Source: an uncultured Bacteroidales bacterium (GTDB taxonomy: Bacteria > Bacteroidota > Bacteroidia > Bacteroidales > Paludibacteraceae). From it: a stretch of DNA of 64,000 nt. Positions 40,831 through 50,364 of this stretch are shown here, in pieces; within the stretch, counting starts at the first letter, position 1; every line of letters begins with the position of its first letter. Location of the stretch: positions 147 through 64,146 of the forward strand of contig CADBVL010000013.1 in NCBI GenBank assembly GCA_902798015.1. The letters are read 5' to 3'. The position numbers and the translations under genes are program-made. The notes under the pieces were generated by a model, which saw only the letters and a list, made by a program, of their open reading frames with translations, made no database searches and was not told where the DNA came from.

Positions 40831-41568
40831 ATGACCAAACGACTCTACATCATCGCTCTCGTCCTATTATGCGCTTTGTGCGCGCACGCGGAAACATTAT
40901 TATTGCGTACAGGCGCACGCGTGAAAGGCGACATCCTCTTCCAGAATGAGGAGGTGATCATCATCCGGAATGCCGAAGGGGCGCGTTTTCAATATCCGCG
41001 CGCCGAAGTGCAGGAGATTCTTACGGCTGATCCCGCAGAGGAAAAGGCGGAACAAGAGGAGCAGAAAGATGAGATAGGTACGTCCAAGAAAGCGTCCATC
41101 GCGCTGGAATTAGGCGGCGGAGCAGCATGTATCCCCAATGCCGCTGTCGGAGGTGGGTTCAGCGTGGACTTCCTCGTCGGTAGTCATCATATCGGGCAAC
41201 GCCATATCTTCATAGGCGGAGGTCTCGGATACCACGGGATGTTTATTGGCGCAGCGAAATTTAATTTCCTGCCTATCCAGGTCGCTCTCCGGCTTCCTCT
41301 CATCGAGCAGCAGCATGCACCCGTCTTCGGCATGGCGCTCGGCTACGGAGTGGCGCTGAGCAAAGACTATTTAGGCGGTCTCTATGCGAGTATCGACTTC
41401 GGTTACCGCTACCAGATAAACGAAAAAACCGCTCTCGCGGTAGTGGCATCCGCCCAGTTCCAACAGGCGAAGATTGCCGCTACGGAGATCATCAACGGAA
41501 ATACATTCACCAACTATACCGGGCGCTACCTCGTCTCTCCGGAATTAAAACTCGTACTCATGTTCTAA
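40831..41568 (+). CDS. Hypothetical secreted protein, probable small outer-membrane beta-barrel
   Basis: Signal peptide MTKRLYIIALVLLCALCAHA. The C-terminal half has alternating Gly/aromatic residues and ends in ..LKLVLMF. Confidence 0.5.
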   Translation: MTKRLYIIALVLLCALCAHAETLLLRTGARVKGDILFQNEEVIIIRNAEGARFQYPRAEVQEILTADPAEEKAEQEEQKDEIGTSKKASIALELGGGAACIPNAAVGGGFSVDFLVGSHHIGQRHIFIGGGLGYHGMFIGAAKFNFLPIQVALRLPLIEQQHAPVFGMALGYGVALSKDYLGGLYASIDFGYRYQINEKTALAVVASAQFQQAKIAATEIINGNTFTNYTGRYLVSPELKLVLMF

Positions 41569-41580
41569 TCGGTCGCCCGC

Positions 41581-41760
41581 ATGAAAAAGCAACCCCGCGA
41601 ACATCGTATCTCTATCCTGCTCAACGAAAGTGAGCAGCAGACCTTGGAGCGTTTCTGCGACAAATACGGTGTGTCCAATCGCAGCCGCCTCATCCGCGAG
41701 ACACTCATGCGCGCCATCCTCAAACGCCTCGACAGCGACCAACCCACACTCTTCGACTAA
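41581..41760 (+). CDS. Ribbon-helix-helix (CopG/MetJ-like) small protein, 59 aa (not in supplied track)
   Basis: Hand translation gives MKKQPREHRISILLNESEQQTLERFCDKYGVSNRSRLIRETLMRAILKRLDSDQPTLFD. The pattern is a beta-strand followed by two helices. Confidence 0.5.
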   Translation: MKKQPREHRISILLNESEQQTLERFCDKYGVSNRSRLIRETLMRAILKRLDSDQPTLFD

Positions 41761-41763
41761 CCT

Positions 41764-41784
41764 CTGACATCTGACATCTAATAA
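41764..41784 (+). repeat. Period-7 tandem array CTGACAT CTGACAT CTAATAA
   Basis: Read directly from the sequence, between the RHH gene stop and the terminator. Confidence 0.7.
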
Positions 41785-41786
41785 CT

Positions 41787-41814
41787 AAAAAAAGCCTCCG
41801 AAGAGGCTTTTTTT
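41787..41814. terminator. Bidirectional Rho-independent terminator (RHH gene / rpoD)
   Basis: A7 - AAGCCTC CGAA GAGGCTT - T6. Confidence 0.75.
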
Positions 41815-42674
41815 CATCCCAGATACGTTTGCAGTATGTGACTGCGTTGACCCGTGTTCAGTTTGCGGATCGCTTTCTCTTTGATCTGGCGTACGCGCTC
41901 GCGCGTCAAATGCAGTTCGTCTCCGATCTCTTCCAAGGTCTTCTCGGGAGTTCCGATACCGAAGAACTTGCGCAGGATATCCGCTTCACGCGGAGTCAAC
42001 GTGGCTAACGCACGGCTGATCTCCGTAGAGAGCGACTCGTTGATAAGACCGCGGTCGGCGTTCGGCGAATCTTCATTCACCATCACGTCGATAAGACTGT
42101 TGTCTTCGCCCTCTACAAACGGCGCATCGACACTCACGTGACGACCCGACATCTTCAGGGTGTCAGCGATCTTATCCACAGGGATATCCAGCATGTCGGC
42201 TAACTCTTCTGCACTCGGCTTGCGCTCGTGCTCTTGCTCAAAACGCTGGTACGCTTTGTTAATCTTGTTCATCGAACCAACCTGGTTGAGAGGAAGACGA
42301 ACGATACGGCTCTGCTCGGCCAACGCCTGGAGGATCGATTGACGAATCCACCAAACGGCGTACGAGATGAACTTGAAACCACGCGTCTCATCGAATTTCT
42401 CCGCTGCCTTGATCAGACCCAGGTTGCCTTCATTGATCAAGTCCGGCAAACTAAGACCCTGGTTCTGGTACTGCTTGGCTACGGAAACCACGAAGCGCAG
42501 GTTGCTCTTCGTCAATTTCTCCAAGGCCGCGCGGTCGCCGTTACGGATACGACCCGCCAGTTCTACTTCTTCTTCCACCGAAATCAACTCCTCTCGACCG
42601 ATCTCTTGAAGATACTTGTCCAGACTCGCTGACTCACGGTTGGTGATCGATTTTGTAATTTTTAATTGACGCAT
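41814..42674 (-). CDS. rpoD: RNA polymerase primary sigma factor (Bacteroidetes sigma-A, 286 aa)
   Basis: Regions 1.2 to 4.2 are recognisable ([40 protein letters not shown]....TRERVRQI). Confidence 0.95.
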   Translation of the reverse strand: MRQLKITKSITNRESASLDKYLQEIGREELISVEEEVELAGRIRNGDRAALEKLTKSNLRFVVSVAKQYQNQGLSLPDLINEGNLGLIKAAEKFDETRGFKFISYAVWWIRQSILQALAEQSRIVRLPLNQVGSMNKINKAYQRFEQEHERKPSAEELADMLDIPVDKIADTLKMSGRHVSVDAPFVEGEDNSLIDVMVNEDSPNADRGLINESLSTEISRALATLTPREADILRKFFGIGTPEKTLEEIGDELHLTRERVRQIKEKAIRKLNTGQRSHILQTYLG

Positions 42675-42726
42675 ATACGATTAATATATATACTCTTGTT
42701 TCAATGTTATCCCTCCCTTCCCTTTT

Positions 42727-42832
42727 TATGGGGCCCCCGCAAATTTTAATTTGTGGGGAGAGCGGAGGCACAAGTCGTCCCATCGATTTAGCGGAGCGGT
42801 ATCGATTTTACGATCTTGTTGCCGAACGCGAA
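42727..42832 (+). repeat. ~105-nt structured repeat, copy B (candidate small RNA or REP-like element)
   Basis: About 80% identical to 13651..13756. The hairpin stems differ by compensatory changes while the 13-nt loop TTAGC(A/G)GAGCGGT is conserved. Confidence 0.7.
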
Positions 42833-42849
42833 GTGATCCGGTCGGGATT
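42833..42849 (-). repeat. 17-nt duplicate of the tRNA-Arg 3' end (att-like direct repeat)
   Basis: GTGATCCGGTCGGGATT is identical to 42948..42964. Confidence 0.8.
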
Positions 42850-42948
42850 TCTACGTAATCCCTGCTGCGCGCAGGGCGCTCAGCCCAGCCGTTTCCGCTA
42901 AACTACTCGCTCAAACAAGCTTGGCTCGTTTTTTAGCGAAAACGTCTG

Positions 42949-43022
42949 TGATCCGGTCGGGATTCGAACCCGAGACCCACAGCTTAGAAGGCTGTTGCTC
43001 TATCCAGCTGAGCTACCGGACC
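42949..43022 (-). tRNA. tRNA-Arg (anticodon TCT)
   Basis: Hand-folded cloverleaf: GGTCCGG TA GCTC AGCTGGATA GAGC A ACAGC CTTCTAA GCTGT GGGTC TCGGG TTCGAAT CCCGA CCGGATC A. No CCA is encoded. Confidence 0.9.
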
Positions 43023-43038
43023 GCGCGCAAAAAGCGCG

Positions 43039-43046
43039 CAAAGGTA
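43039..43046 (-). promoter_or_regulatory. Bacteroidetes -7 box TACCTTTG for tRNA-Arg
   Basis: TAnnTTTG, 17 nt upstream of the tRNA 5' end, with a TTG about 20 nt further upstream. Confidence 0.6.
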
Positions 43047-43197
43047 CTACAAATATTTGGAATATACAAGAATTTATGCAAAAAAAATGAATAAAGGTGC
43101 ATTTTTTTTTGCACAAAGACTTGCAGTTCGCACAAGTGAGCGAACGTAGCTTCGGGGAAATGCCCGCAGGGCAGCTGAGTCCGAAGGTACTTCCAAA

Positions 43198-43512
43198 TTA
43201 CAGCAAACTGTCAAAAAGTTGGGCTAAATCCTGCTTGCGGCATGCTCCAACGTGACGGTTTACCAACTCGCCGTTCTGGAAGAAAAGCATCGTCGGGATA
43301 TTCATGATGCCGTACTCTTCGCACGTGTCGGGGTTGTCATCGACATTCAGTTTGCCTACTACAATGCGGCCCTCGTACTCATTCGAGAGCTCCTCTAAAA
43401 TAGGGAGCATCATCTTGCACGGACCACACCAACCCGCCCAGAAATCTACTACTACGGGTTTGCCTGACGCAATCACATCCTTGATGTTAGCGTCTGTAAT
43501 TTCTACTGTCAT
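43198..43512 (-). CDS. trxA: Thioredoxin
   Basis: 104 aa with the active site WAGWCGPCK. Confidence 0.9.
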   Translation of the reverse strand: MTVEITDANIKDVIASGKPVVVDFWAGWCGPCKMMLPILEELSNEYEGRIVVGKLNVDDNPDTCEEYGIMNIPTMLFFQNGELVNRHVGACRKQDLAQLFDSLL

Positions 43513-45794
43513 ACGCTTTGTTGTATTTGTTTGATGGTTATTCGTTTTTGATTGGGTCTGCGAAGCAGAATCTCCGTCAGCGGATCTTCCAGGTACGTCT
43601 GTACCGCCCGCTTAACAGGGCGGGCACCGTTCTTGGTGTCATAACTCTTATCGACCAGTTGACCAATCACCTCCGGCTTCACGCTCAGTTGGTGACCCGT
43701 CGTCTTGAGACGTTGTTGCAGCAGACTGATCTCGATACGTACGATCTGACCGATCGTCTCACGGCTCAACGGCTCAAACGTCACGACGTTGTCGATACGG
43801 TTCACGAACTCCGGCGGGAACTGTTTCTGCAGCGCCTTGAGTAGCATCTTCTGACTCTCTTTCGTGTTTACCTCGCCGGCATTGAATCCGACACCTCCGC
43901 CGAACTCCTGTAACTGACGCGTGCCGATATTGCTCGTCAGCACGATGATCGTATTGCGGAAATCGACGATATGTCCCTGACGGTCGGTCAAACGACCTTC
44001 GTCCAGTACCTGCAAAAGGATATTGAAGATATCCGGGTGCGCTTTCTCTATCTCGTCGAAGAGCACGATCGAGTAGGGTTTTCTTCTCACCGCCTCGGTT
44101 AACTTACCGCCGTCTTCGTGCGCTACATATCCCGGAGGCGCACCTACCAGCAGACTCACCGAGTGCTTCTCCATATATTCGGACATGTCGAAGCGGATCA
44201 TCGCCTCTTTGCTGCCGAACATCTCCTCCGCCAGACATTGGGCCAGATACGTCTTGCCGACACCCGTCTGACCAAGGAAGAAGAAGGTACCTATCGGACG
44301 TTTCGGATCGCGCAGACCCAGACGGCTGCGCTGGATAGCCTTCACGACGGTCTCCACCGCTTTGTCCTGACCGATGATCTTGTGCTTCAAGGTCTCCGCC
44401 ATCGTCAGCAGCCGTTCGTTCTCGGCGCGCGCTACGCGCTGGACGGGTACACCGGAGATCATGCTGATTACGCCCGCAACATCTTCTATTGTCACGGTAT
44501 AGGCCGGCTGCGCCGTCTCGCCTGCCGCCTGTTGGCGCGCATGACTGCGGGCTCCCACCTCGTCCATCACATCGATGGCTTTGTCCGGGAACGCGCGGTC
44601 GGTGATATACCGCTCACTCAGACTCACGCAGGCTTTGAGCACCTCTGTCGTATAAATCACGTTGTGGTAATGCGCATAATGATCACTCAGACGGCGAAGG
44701 ATGTCCAGAGTCTCAGTGCCCGTCGTAGGACGAACTTGTACCTTCTGGAAGCGGCGCTCCAATGCACCGTCTTTCTCTATCGACTTGGCGTACTCCGCCG
44801 TCGTTGTAGCTCCGATACACTGTATCTCGCCGCGCGCGAGAGCCGGCTTGAGGATATTCGCTGCGTCGAGCGAACCCGAAGCATTACCCGCACCGATGAT
44901 CGTATGGATCTCATCGATAAAAAGGATGATCTCGGGATGCGCCAGCAACTCGTTGATGATCTGCTTCATGCGCTCTTCGAACTGACCGCGGTACGTTGTA
45001 CCGGCTACCATCGAGGCGATGTCGAGCGTCACGATGCGGCGACCGGCGAGTGCGCCGGTCTCATCGTGAATGATACGCAGCGCCAACCCCTCCACGATAG
45101 CCGACTTGCCGACACCCGGTTCGCCGATAAGTATCGGGTTGTTCTTCTTGCGCCGGCTCAGGATCTGCACCACGCGCTCTATCTCCACCTCGCGGCCTAC
45201 GACAGGGTCTAACTTCCCCTCTTCAGCCTGTCTGGTCAGGTCGCGGCCGTACTTGTCCAATGCCGTTGTCGCGCTCTTTTTGTTCTTCGCCTGTTTCGGC
45301 TGGTCCGGTTCCCACGGCCCCTCATTGAGGTCACCCATCTGGTTGCCTCCTGCCGTAGGCGTCTCTGAACTGTAATGCGGCTGACCGTACAGGTCCACCA
45401 GTCGCATATAGCTGATGCCCCAGGTCTCCTCCAGGTACGCTGCGACGCGGTTGATCTGCTCGCGCAGAATGGCTAACAGCAGGTGGACCGAACCGATCTG
45501 CTCGGACCGGTATTCGCGGCTGATAGACTCCGCAATGCGAAGGATACGGTTGGTACGTGAACTCCGTTCAATCATTTCGACCGAACCCTGCTTGCCGCGG
45601 ATAAACGCCTCGATATGCTCCTTCGCCTCCTCCGGACGGAAAGAAGCGCGAAGCAGTAACTCGTATGCCGAACCCTCACCTAGACGCATGATGGCCAGTA
45701 ACAGATGTTCCGGCTCCACATGGGCACTCCAGAGACGCTCCGCCTCATCATGCGCATAAACGAGAATTTGATTTAAATGCTGTGTAACTTGCAT
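43509..45794 (-). CDS. clpC: ATP-dependent Clp protease ATP-binding subunit (ClpC/ClpA-like, two AAA+ modules)
   Basis: Clp_N repeats. Walker A motifs are [10 protein letters not shown] and [10 protein letters not shown]. The ClpB_D2-small C-terminus is present. Confidence 0.85.
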   Translation of the reverse strand: MQVTQHLNQILVYAHDEAERLWSAHVEPEHLLLAIMRLGEGSAYELLLRASFRPEEAKEHIEAFIRGKQGSVEMIERSSRTNRILRIAESISREYRSEQIGSVHLLLAILREQINRVAAYLEETWGISYMRLVDLYGQPHYSSETPTAGGNQMGDLNEGPWEPDQPKQAKNKKSATTALDKYGRDLTRQAEEGKLDPVVGREVEIERVVQILSRRKKNNPILIGEPGVGKSAIVEGLALRIIHDETGALAGRRIVTLDIASMVAGTTYRGQFEERMKQIINELLAHPEIILFIDEIHTIIGAGNASGSLDAANILKPALARGEIQCIGATTTAEYAKSIEKDGALERRFQKVQVRPTTGTETLDILRRLSDHYAHYHNVIYTTEVLKACVSLSERYITDRAFPDKAIDVMDEVGARSHARQQAAGETAQPAYTVTIEDVAGVISMISGVPVQRVARAENERLLTMAETLKHKIIGQDKAVETVVKAIQRSRLGLRDPKRPIGTFFFLGQTGVGKTYLAQCLAEEMFGSKEAMIRFDMSEYMEKHSVSLLVGAPPGYVAHEDGGKLTEAVRRKPYSIVLFDEIEKAHPDIFNILLQVLDEGRLTDRQGHIVDFRNTIIVLTSNIGTRQLQEFGGGVGFNAGEVNTKESQKMLLKALQKQFPPEFVNRIDNVVTFEPLSRETIGQIVRIEISLLQQRLKTTGHQLSVKPEVIGQLVDKSYDTKNGARPVKRAVQTYLEDPLTEILLRRPNQKRITIKQIQQSV

Positions 45795-45800
45795 TCTCTA

Positions 45801-45842
45801 AATTATCAATTATCAATTATCAATTATCAATCATCAATTATA
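45801..45842 (+). repeat. Period-7 tandem array AATTATC x4, AATCATC, AATTATA
   Basis: Read directly from the sequence. It lies 6 nt upstream of the clpC ATG and covers the last codons and stop of the 45834 gene. Confidence 0.9.
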
Positions 45843-47783
45843 AAAATGCCATGCCAGGCCGGCGCGGAACGTGTCGCGGTTGGTCGGGTATCCGGGCATA
45901 GCCAGGTAGTCAATGTTATTCCTCATAAACAGATGGTTCAAATGCTGGTAATGGAAGAAGAACCGCAAGCGGATCGACCTCACATAGAAACTCGCATAAG
46001 CACTCATCCATGGATAGTTGCCGACGTTAATGTCGCTTTGTGTACCGAACATACCTGTCTCGGGACACAGTACCGGCGCATGGTAGCGCGTAAAATAACG
46101 TACGTCCACGCCCATCTGCGCGTCCAGCGCTCTCCACCATGTGCCGTGGTAGTATAGCCGGTGTTGTAAAATGAGCAGCGGAACCGGCATCACGCTGTCA
46201 TTCGTCGAATGTTGAACCACCATGCGGTTCTCCAGATTCACCCACGGTGTGGTGATATCAAGCCCTACATCACCCGTGATGATCTGTACGTTGCCGCGGA
46301 ACTGACGGGGCTTCCAGTCCAAAGCCGAGACATAGACGGGATTCGTCTGGTTCTCAAAACTGAAATCGATTCGCGGTTTCACCCATTTATAGGGATACGC
46401 CACCGTTGCGCCGCCGAGAAAACGATAGGTGAACCCGAAGGCGTTGTCCCATACCAGGTGGTTCGAGCGGAAACGCTGCAGGTACGGACTCGGCGTGACG
46501 CTTTTCGCATAAGCGCGTGCACTCACCAGTAAGGTCGTGTCCCCTACGCGGAACGCCGTCTCTAACTTGCCGTGGACGTCAAACTCACCGATCTTGTATC
46601 CCACCACGCATACTTGACCCTCAACGGTATAATGTACATTCGCGCCGCGATGCTTGTGTATCGCTCCGCCGACGAATGTGTTATTGGTCCAACGGTAGTC
46701 GAAAATACTGTCGTACGGCACGCTGTCAAAGAGATGCCGCTGGCATTCGTTCATCGCAAAAACCGTTGCGCCGAACTTCAACTTCCTGTTGTACGCCTCG
46801 CAGAACGTCACCGCCAGGGTGTTGCGGATCGTCAGCACGTCCGTATGGTCGTCCGTAGCCAGCGAGTCGTAGTAGATATGATCATAGAACCCCTGGTCCG
46901 AGACCTGCTCTATATAGCGCCTGTTCGAGTTGTTCGTCTCGAAGATATGGCTGAAAGTGATCAGCGGGATATACTCCACTTTCACCGTGTCGCGTTTCAC
47001 GCGCTGACCGTCTTCCACCACTTCGATCGAGTCGTGGTACTCGCGCTCTTTGGTGATCGCATACTGGTTGTGCAGAAAACCGCTCAAATACCGGTAGCCG
47101 GTCATGGCGTTCAACTGAACAGGGATATCCTCAGGACGCAGACTGCTTCGCAGGTCTTCTACATTCACCAACCCGCCGTTGTCAAACGAACTGAGTGAAC
47201 TCCAACCAAACGCGCCGTGCATGCTGTAGTGCGCGCCCGTATAACTGCCCCATACGCTGCCGCGGAACAACTTGCCTGCCGTGTTGGCATAGTGACCTAC
47301 CGAGTTCAGGTACTCCATCTCCACGCCCAGGTTCGTCTCGCGACCTAAGTTGCCGGTGAAAAGAAAACTGAGGTCGTTCTCCTCGTGTCCGGTAACAAAA
47401 CCTTTCTTGTAGGCGATGGACGAGTAAGGAGTCGTCGTGTTGAAGAAGCGTTGCTGCTGCGGCGTCACCACGTACGGCGTCAGACTGACGGCAAGCGGAT
47501 CGTCTATCGTTGTCAGACGGTCTTGAACCACGCGCGACTCAATAGGCGACACCAGAATATTGCCATTGAACGCACTGCTCAACGAATACCGCTGCTGGAT
47601 ATCGATGTCGTGGTAGTTGAGCATCGTCGTGTCGCGGAACGGGATAGTATCGGCTACCGCGCTGTAAGACGGCATCTGCCAGGTACGCACTACCGTCTTG
47701 ATACGCGGCGGCTTGGCAGCGGCCACAAGGGTCGCTGCCAACAGCACTAATACTATAAATAACCGTCTATTCAATGGTGTCAC
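45834..47783 (-). CDS. Hypothetical outer-membrane beta-barrel (putative porin family), GTG start
   Basis: Signal peptide LFIVLVLLAATLVAAA. The sequence is long and rich in Y/G/aromatic beta-strands and ends in ..AGLAWHFYN. The only in-frame start after the upstream stop is GTG 47783. Confidence 0.5.
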   Translation of the reverse strand: MTPLNRRLFIVLVLLAATLVAAAKPPRIKTVVRTWQMPSYSAVADTIPFRDTTMLNYHDIDIQQRYSLSSAFNGNILVSPIESRVVQDRLTTIDDPLAVSLTPYVVTPQQQRFFNTTTPYSSIAYKKGFVTGHEENDLSFLFTGNLGRETNLGVEMEYLNSVGHYANTAGKLFRGSVWGSYTGAHYSMHGAFGWSSLSSFDNGGLVNVEDLRSSLRPEDIPVQLNAMTGYRYLSGFLHNQYAITKEREYHDSIEVVEDGQRVKRDTVKVEYIPLITFSHIFETNNSNRRYIEQVSDQGFYDHIYYDSLATDDHTDVLTIRNTLAVTFCEAYNRKLKFGATVFAMNECQRHLFDSVPYDSIFDYRWTNNTFVGGAIHKHRGANVHYTVEGQVCVVGYKIGEFDVHGKLETAFRVGDTTLLVSARAYAKSVTPSPYLQRFRSNHLVWDNAFGFTYRFLGGATVAYPYKWVKPRIDFSFENQTNPVYVSALDWKPRQFRGNVQIITGDVGLDITTPWVNLENRMVVQHSTNDSVMPVPLLILQHRLYYHGTWWRALDAQMGVDVRYFTRYHAPVLCPETGMFGTQSDINVGNYPWMSAYASFYVRSIRLRFFFHYQHLNHLFMRNNIDYLAMPGYPTNRDTFRAGLAWHFYN

Positions 47784-47790
47784 TCACCCG

Positions 47791-47824
47791 TTCCCCTCCT
47801 TTTAGGGAGGGGGTAGGGGTAGGC
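47791..47824 (-). repeat. GC-rich hairpin element, intergenic (between GH57 stop and porin-like start)
   Basis: Sequence TTCCCCTCCTTTTAGGGAGGGGGTAGGGGTAGGC. Confidence 0.85.
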
Positions 47825-47834
47825 TTATTATTTC

Positions 47835-49100
47835 TCAACTCTTCTTCTTGAGCTTCGCCTGGAGCTGTTGAATCTCTTCCTCCTGGTTACGGATGGTCTT
47901 CAACAACTCATTCAGTTCCTCGTTTTCAATCGTCGTCGGGTATTGCTCCTCCACGCTCTGCAGGAAGTCGGACAGGATATTCATATAGTTGATGAACGCA
48001 TCGTAAGCCGACTCGTACTGCGTCTCGCCCTGGTCAATATGGTTCATGTTATGCAGGTAGTTCACATCCTGCAGACGCAGCCAGTTCGTCTTCAGATTCT
48101 TGTCTTGGCACAGGTGAACGCGCTCTGCTACGGCGTATAACTTATGAATAGCCTCTTGCTGCAAGTCGTTGCCGACGTATATGCTCAGGTCTTTCGCCTC
48201 GCCGCTCCATGTCAGCGGGTACGGACTCGACAGCACGTCGTTTGCAGTTAATTTCTTGGCTGCCTCGGACGGCGTAACAAAACCCATCTCGCGCTCCAAC
48301 GCAAAATACGGCAACGCTTTCAGGAAATCGAAGATACCCGAACCGGCGTTCTGACGGATACCGAAGGTCTCGGCGCCTACCCAGATATTAATCAGGTCGT
48401 CGCCTTCCGGCAGCGCCTTCAACTGGTCCGCATATTTCTCTGCGTCAATCGGGAAATTACCCCATCCCGGATCGGAGAAGTGGAAACTCAACTCATCGCT
48501 CAGCGCGGTGTTACGCAGTAAGACCTTCATCTTCGGTGCGCCCGCCGACTGATAGATATGGTTCGGACTCTTCCAACTGATCACGTGCTTGGCGCCCTCC
48601 GTCAGAATGGTCTTGTATCCCATCTTGTTCAACAGGTAAGCCGCCTCGTCCGTGTACAGCAACTCGGTGTTCCATACCGTCTGGGCCTTCACGCCGAGGA
48701 TGTTCTCCAGCAGGTCGCCTTGGAACTTCAGCTGTTTCTTGAACTCCGCCTCGTTGTACTCCGAAGCCAGCGAATAAGCGTACGGCGTAGCGAGGAACTC
48801 CACGCACTTGGTGGCAGCCAACTCCTTAAGGATGTCGATCATCTCCGGATTGAACTGCTCGAACATCTCGATCATCGTGCCGCTCACGCTCAGCGCGCAA
48901 TGGAACTTACCCTTACTCAGGTTGATCATGTCCTTAATCGTCGTGCACAATGGCAGATAGGACGTTTGAACCAACCAGTTAACATGCTCTTCAGTAGCCA
49001 TGTCATCGTAGTAGTAGTGATCATGACCAATCTCAAAGAAACGGTAACGCTTCAGACGGTAGGGAACATGCATCTGGAAGCAAAAACATATATTTTTCAT
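47835..49100 (-). CDS. Glycoside hydrolase family 57 (alpha-amylase-like)
   Basis: The N-terminus ICFCFQMHVPYRLKRY is typical of Bacteroidales GH57. Context is the glycogen block. Confidence 0.8.
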   Translation of the reverse strand: MKNICFCFQMHVPYRLKRYRFFEIGHDHYYYDDMATEEHVNWLVQTSYLPLCTTIKDMINLSKGKFHCALSVSGTMIEMFEQFNPEMIDILKELAATKCVEFLATPYAYSLASEYNEAEFKKQLKFQGDLLENILGVKAQTVWNTELLYTDEAAYLLNKMGYKTILTEGAKHVISWKSPNHIYQSAGAPKMKVLLRNTALSDELSFHFSDPGWGNFPIDAEKYADQLKALPEGDDLINIWVGAETFGIRQNAGSGIFDFLKALPYFALEREMGFVTPSEAAKKLTANDVLSSPYPLTWSGEAKDLSIYVGNDLQQEAIHKLYAVAERVHLCQDKNLKTNWLRLQDVNYLHNMNHIDQGETQYESAYDAFINYMNILSDFLQSVEEQYPTTIENEELNELLKTIRNQEEEIQQLQAKLKKKS

Positions 49101-49110
49101 AATATTGTTA

Positions 49111-49145
49111 AATTATCAATTATAAATTATCAATTATCAATTCTT
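49111..49145 (+). repeat. Period-7 tandem array AATTATC AATTATA AATTATC AATTATC AATTCTT
   Basis: Read directly from the sequence. It lies 10 nt upstream of the GH57 ATG and overlaps the GT4 stop. Confidence 0.9.
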
Positions 49146-50364
49146 AAAGTGTGTGATTTATGACACCATCATAAATCCGACGCACTTTAAGACCAGCGTC
49201 CGACCACTTGATGTTGTTGACTTCCGCCATGCCGAGTTCGTGCAGACTCTTGTACATCGCCGGATACTTGACGATCGCGTAGATAGCGTCTGCCATCGCA
49301 TCGATATCCCAGTAGTCGGTCTTGATGGCGTGCTGCAGGATCTCTGCGCAACCCGACTGATGACTGATGATTGACGGACAACCAACCTGCATCGCCTCCA
49401 GCGGACTGATACCGAACGGCTCACTCACAGACGGCATGATATAGACGTCGCTCATCGCGAGCATCTCCTGAACCTGCTTGCCGCGCATGAAACCGGGGAA
49501 GTGGAACTTCATCTTGTCTCCGCTGCCGGCCATCACAAAACGAACGCCGTCCGTCTTGCTCAGCACGCGTGCTGCGGCCTCTACGAAGTACTCCGGACCT
49601 TTCTGCATCGTGATACGGCCGAGGAAAGTGACCAGTTTGTCTTTGCGTTCGGGTTTCTTGAACTCCTCCGGATGAGCCAACGGCTCCACTGCGTTGTGGA
49701 CGGTGCTCACTTTGCGCGGGTCCTGACCGTATTTCTCGATCACCGTGTTGCGCGTCAGGTTACTTACGCATATGATATGATCGGCCTCGTCCATACCGCG
49801 TTTCTCGATGGCATAGACCGTCGGGTTCACGTTGCCGCGACTGCGGTCGAAATCCGTCGCATGAACGTGGATAACCAACGGCTTGCCGCTGATATGTTTC
49901 GCGAACACACCCGCCGGGTAGGTCAGCCAGTCGTGACTGTGAATGATGTCAAAATCCAGACTGTGCGCCAGCACACTCGCTACCGCTTCGTAGTTGCCGA
50001 TCTCTTCGATCAGGTTGTCCGGATAGCGGCCCGAGAAACCAACGCATCCAAGGTCGTCCGTGCCGATGCGGCGGTAGTCGTAATGAATGCCGTCACGCAG
50101 GTGATAATACTCCTCCGGACTCATCTTGCCTTCCATACGCGACTTGACGTAATCGTAGTTCACGTCCTTCCATACGATAGGCACGCTGTTCGCGCCGATG
50201 ATGCGGAGGAACGATTGATCCTCGTCACCCCATGGCTTCGGGATGACAAACGTGATATCCATGTCAGGCTGCTCTGCCATACCGCGGGTCAATCCGTAAC
50301 TCGCAGTACCCAAACCGCCTAAGATATGAGGGGGAAACTCCCAACCGAACATTAACGCTTTCAT
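49144..50364 (-). CDS. Glycosyltransferase family 4 (glycogen synthase-like)
   Basis: GGLGTA N-terminus, H.HDW motif and the C-terminal PS.SEPFGISPLEAM (E-x7-E region). Confidence 0.8.
   Translation of the reverse strand: MKALMFGWEFPPHILGGLGTASYGLTRGMAEQPDMDITFVIPKPWGDEDQSFLRIIGANSVPIVWKDVNYDYVKSRMEGKMSPEEYYHLRDGIHYDYRRIGTDDLGCVGFSGRYPDNLIEEIGNYEAVASVLAHSLDFDIIHSHDWLTYPAGVFAKHISGKPLVIHVHATDFDRSRGNVNPTVYAIEKRGMDEADHIICVSNLTRNTVIEKYGQDPRKVSTVHNAVEPLAHPEEFKKPERKDKLVTFLGRITMQKGPEYFVEAAARVLSKTDGVRFVMAGSGDKMKFHFPGFMRGKQVQEMLAMSDVYIMPSVSEPFGISPLEAMQVGCPSIISHQSGCAEILQHAIKTDYWDIDAMADAIYAIVKYPAMYKSLHELGMAEVNNIKWSDAGLKVRRIYDGVINHTL

Noticed and set aside
42700-42948. tmRNA, or a second tRNA or pseudo-tRNA, between rpoD and tRNA-Arg
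   Set aside because: Only the 17-nt acceptor/T-stem fragment matches a tRNA. No complementary 5' acceptor strand, no T-loop consensus and no tag-peptide reading frame could be found on either strand.
42833-43022. Integrated prophage or genomic island at tRNA-Arg
   Set aside because: The two direct repeats are only 115 nt apart and no integrase or phage genes are adjacent. At most this is a scar or a miniature element.
44118-45212. 364-aa plus-strand ORF
   Set aside because: It is antisense to clpC, whose Walker motifs and Clp_N repeats are unambiguous.
49501-50322. 273-aa plus-strand ORF
   Set aside because: It is antisense to the GT4 glycosyltransferase.
49144-50364. Possible internal deletion in the GT4 glycogen-synthase-like protein (..GSGDKMKFHFPGF..)
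   Set aside because: This rests only on my recollection that homologs have about 15 more residues there. The frame is intact and I cannot verify it without an alignment.
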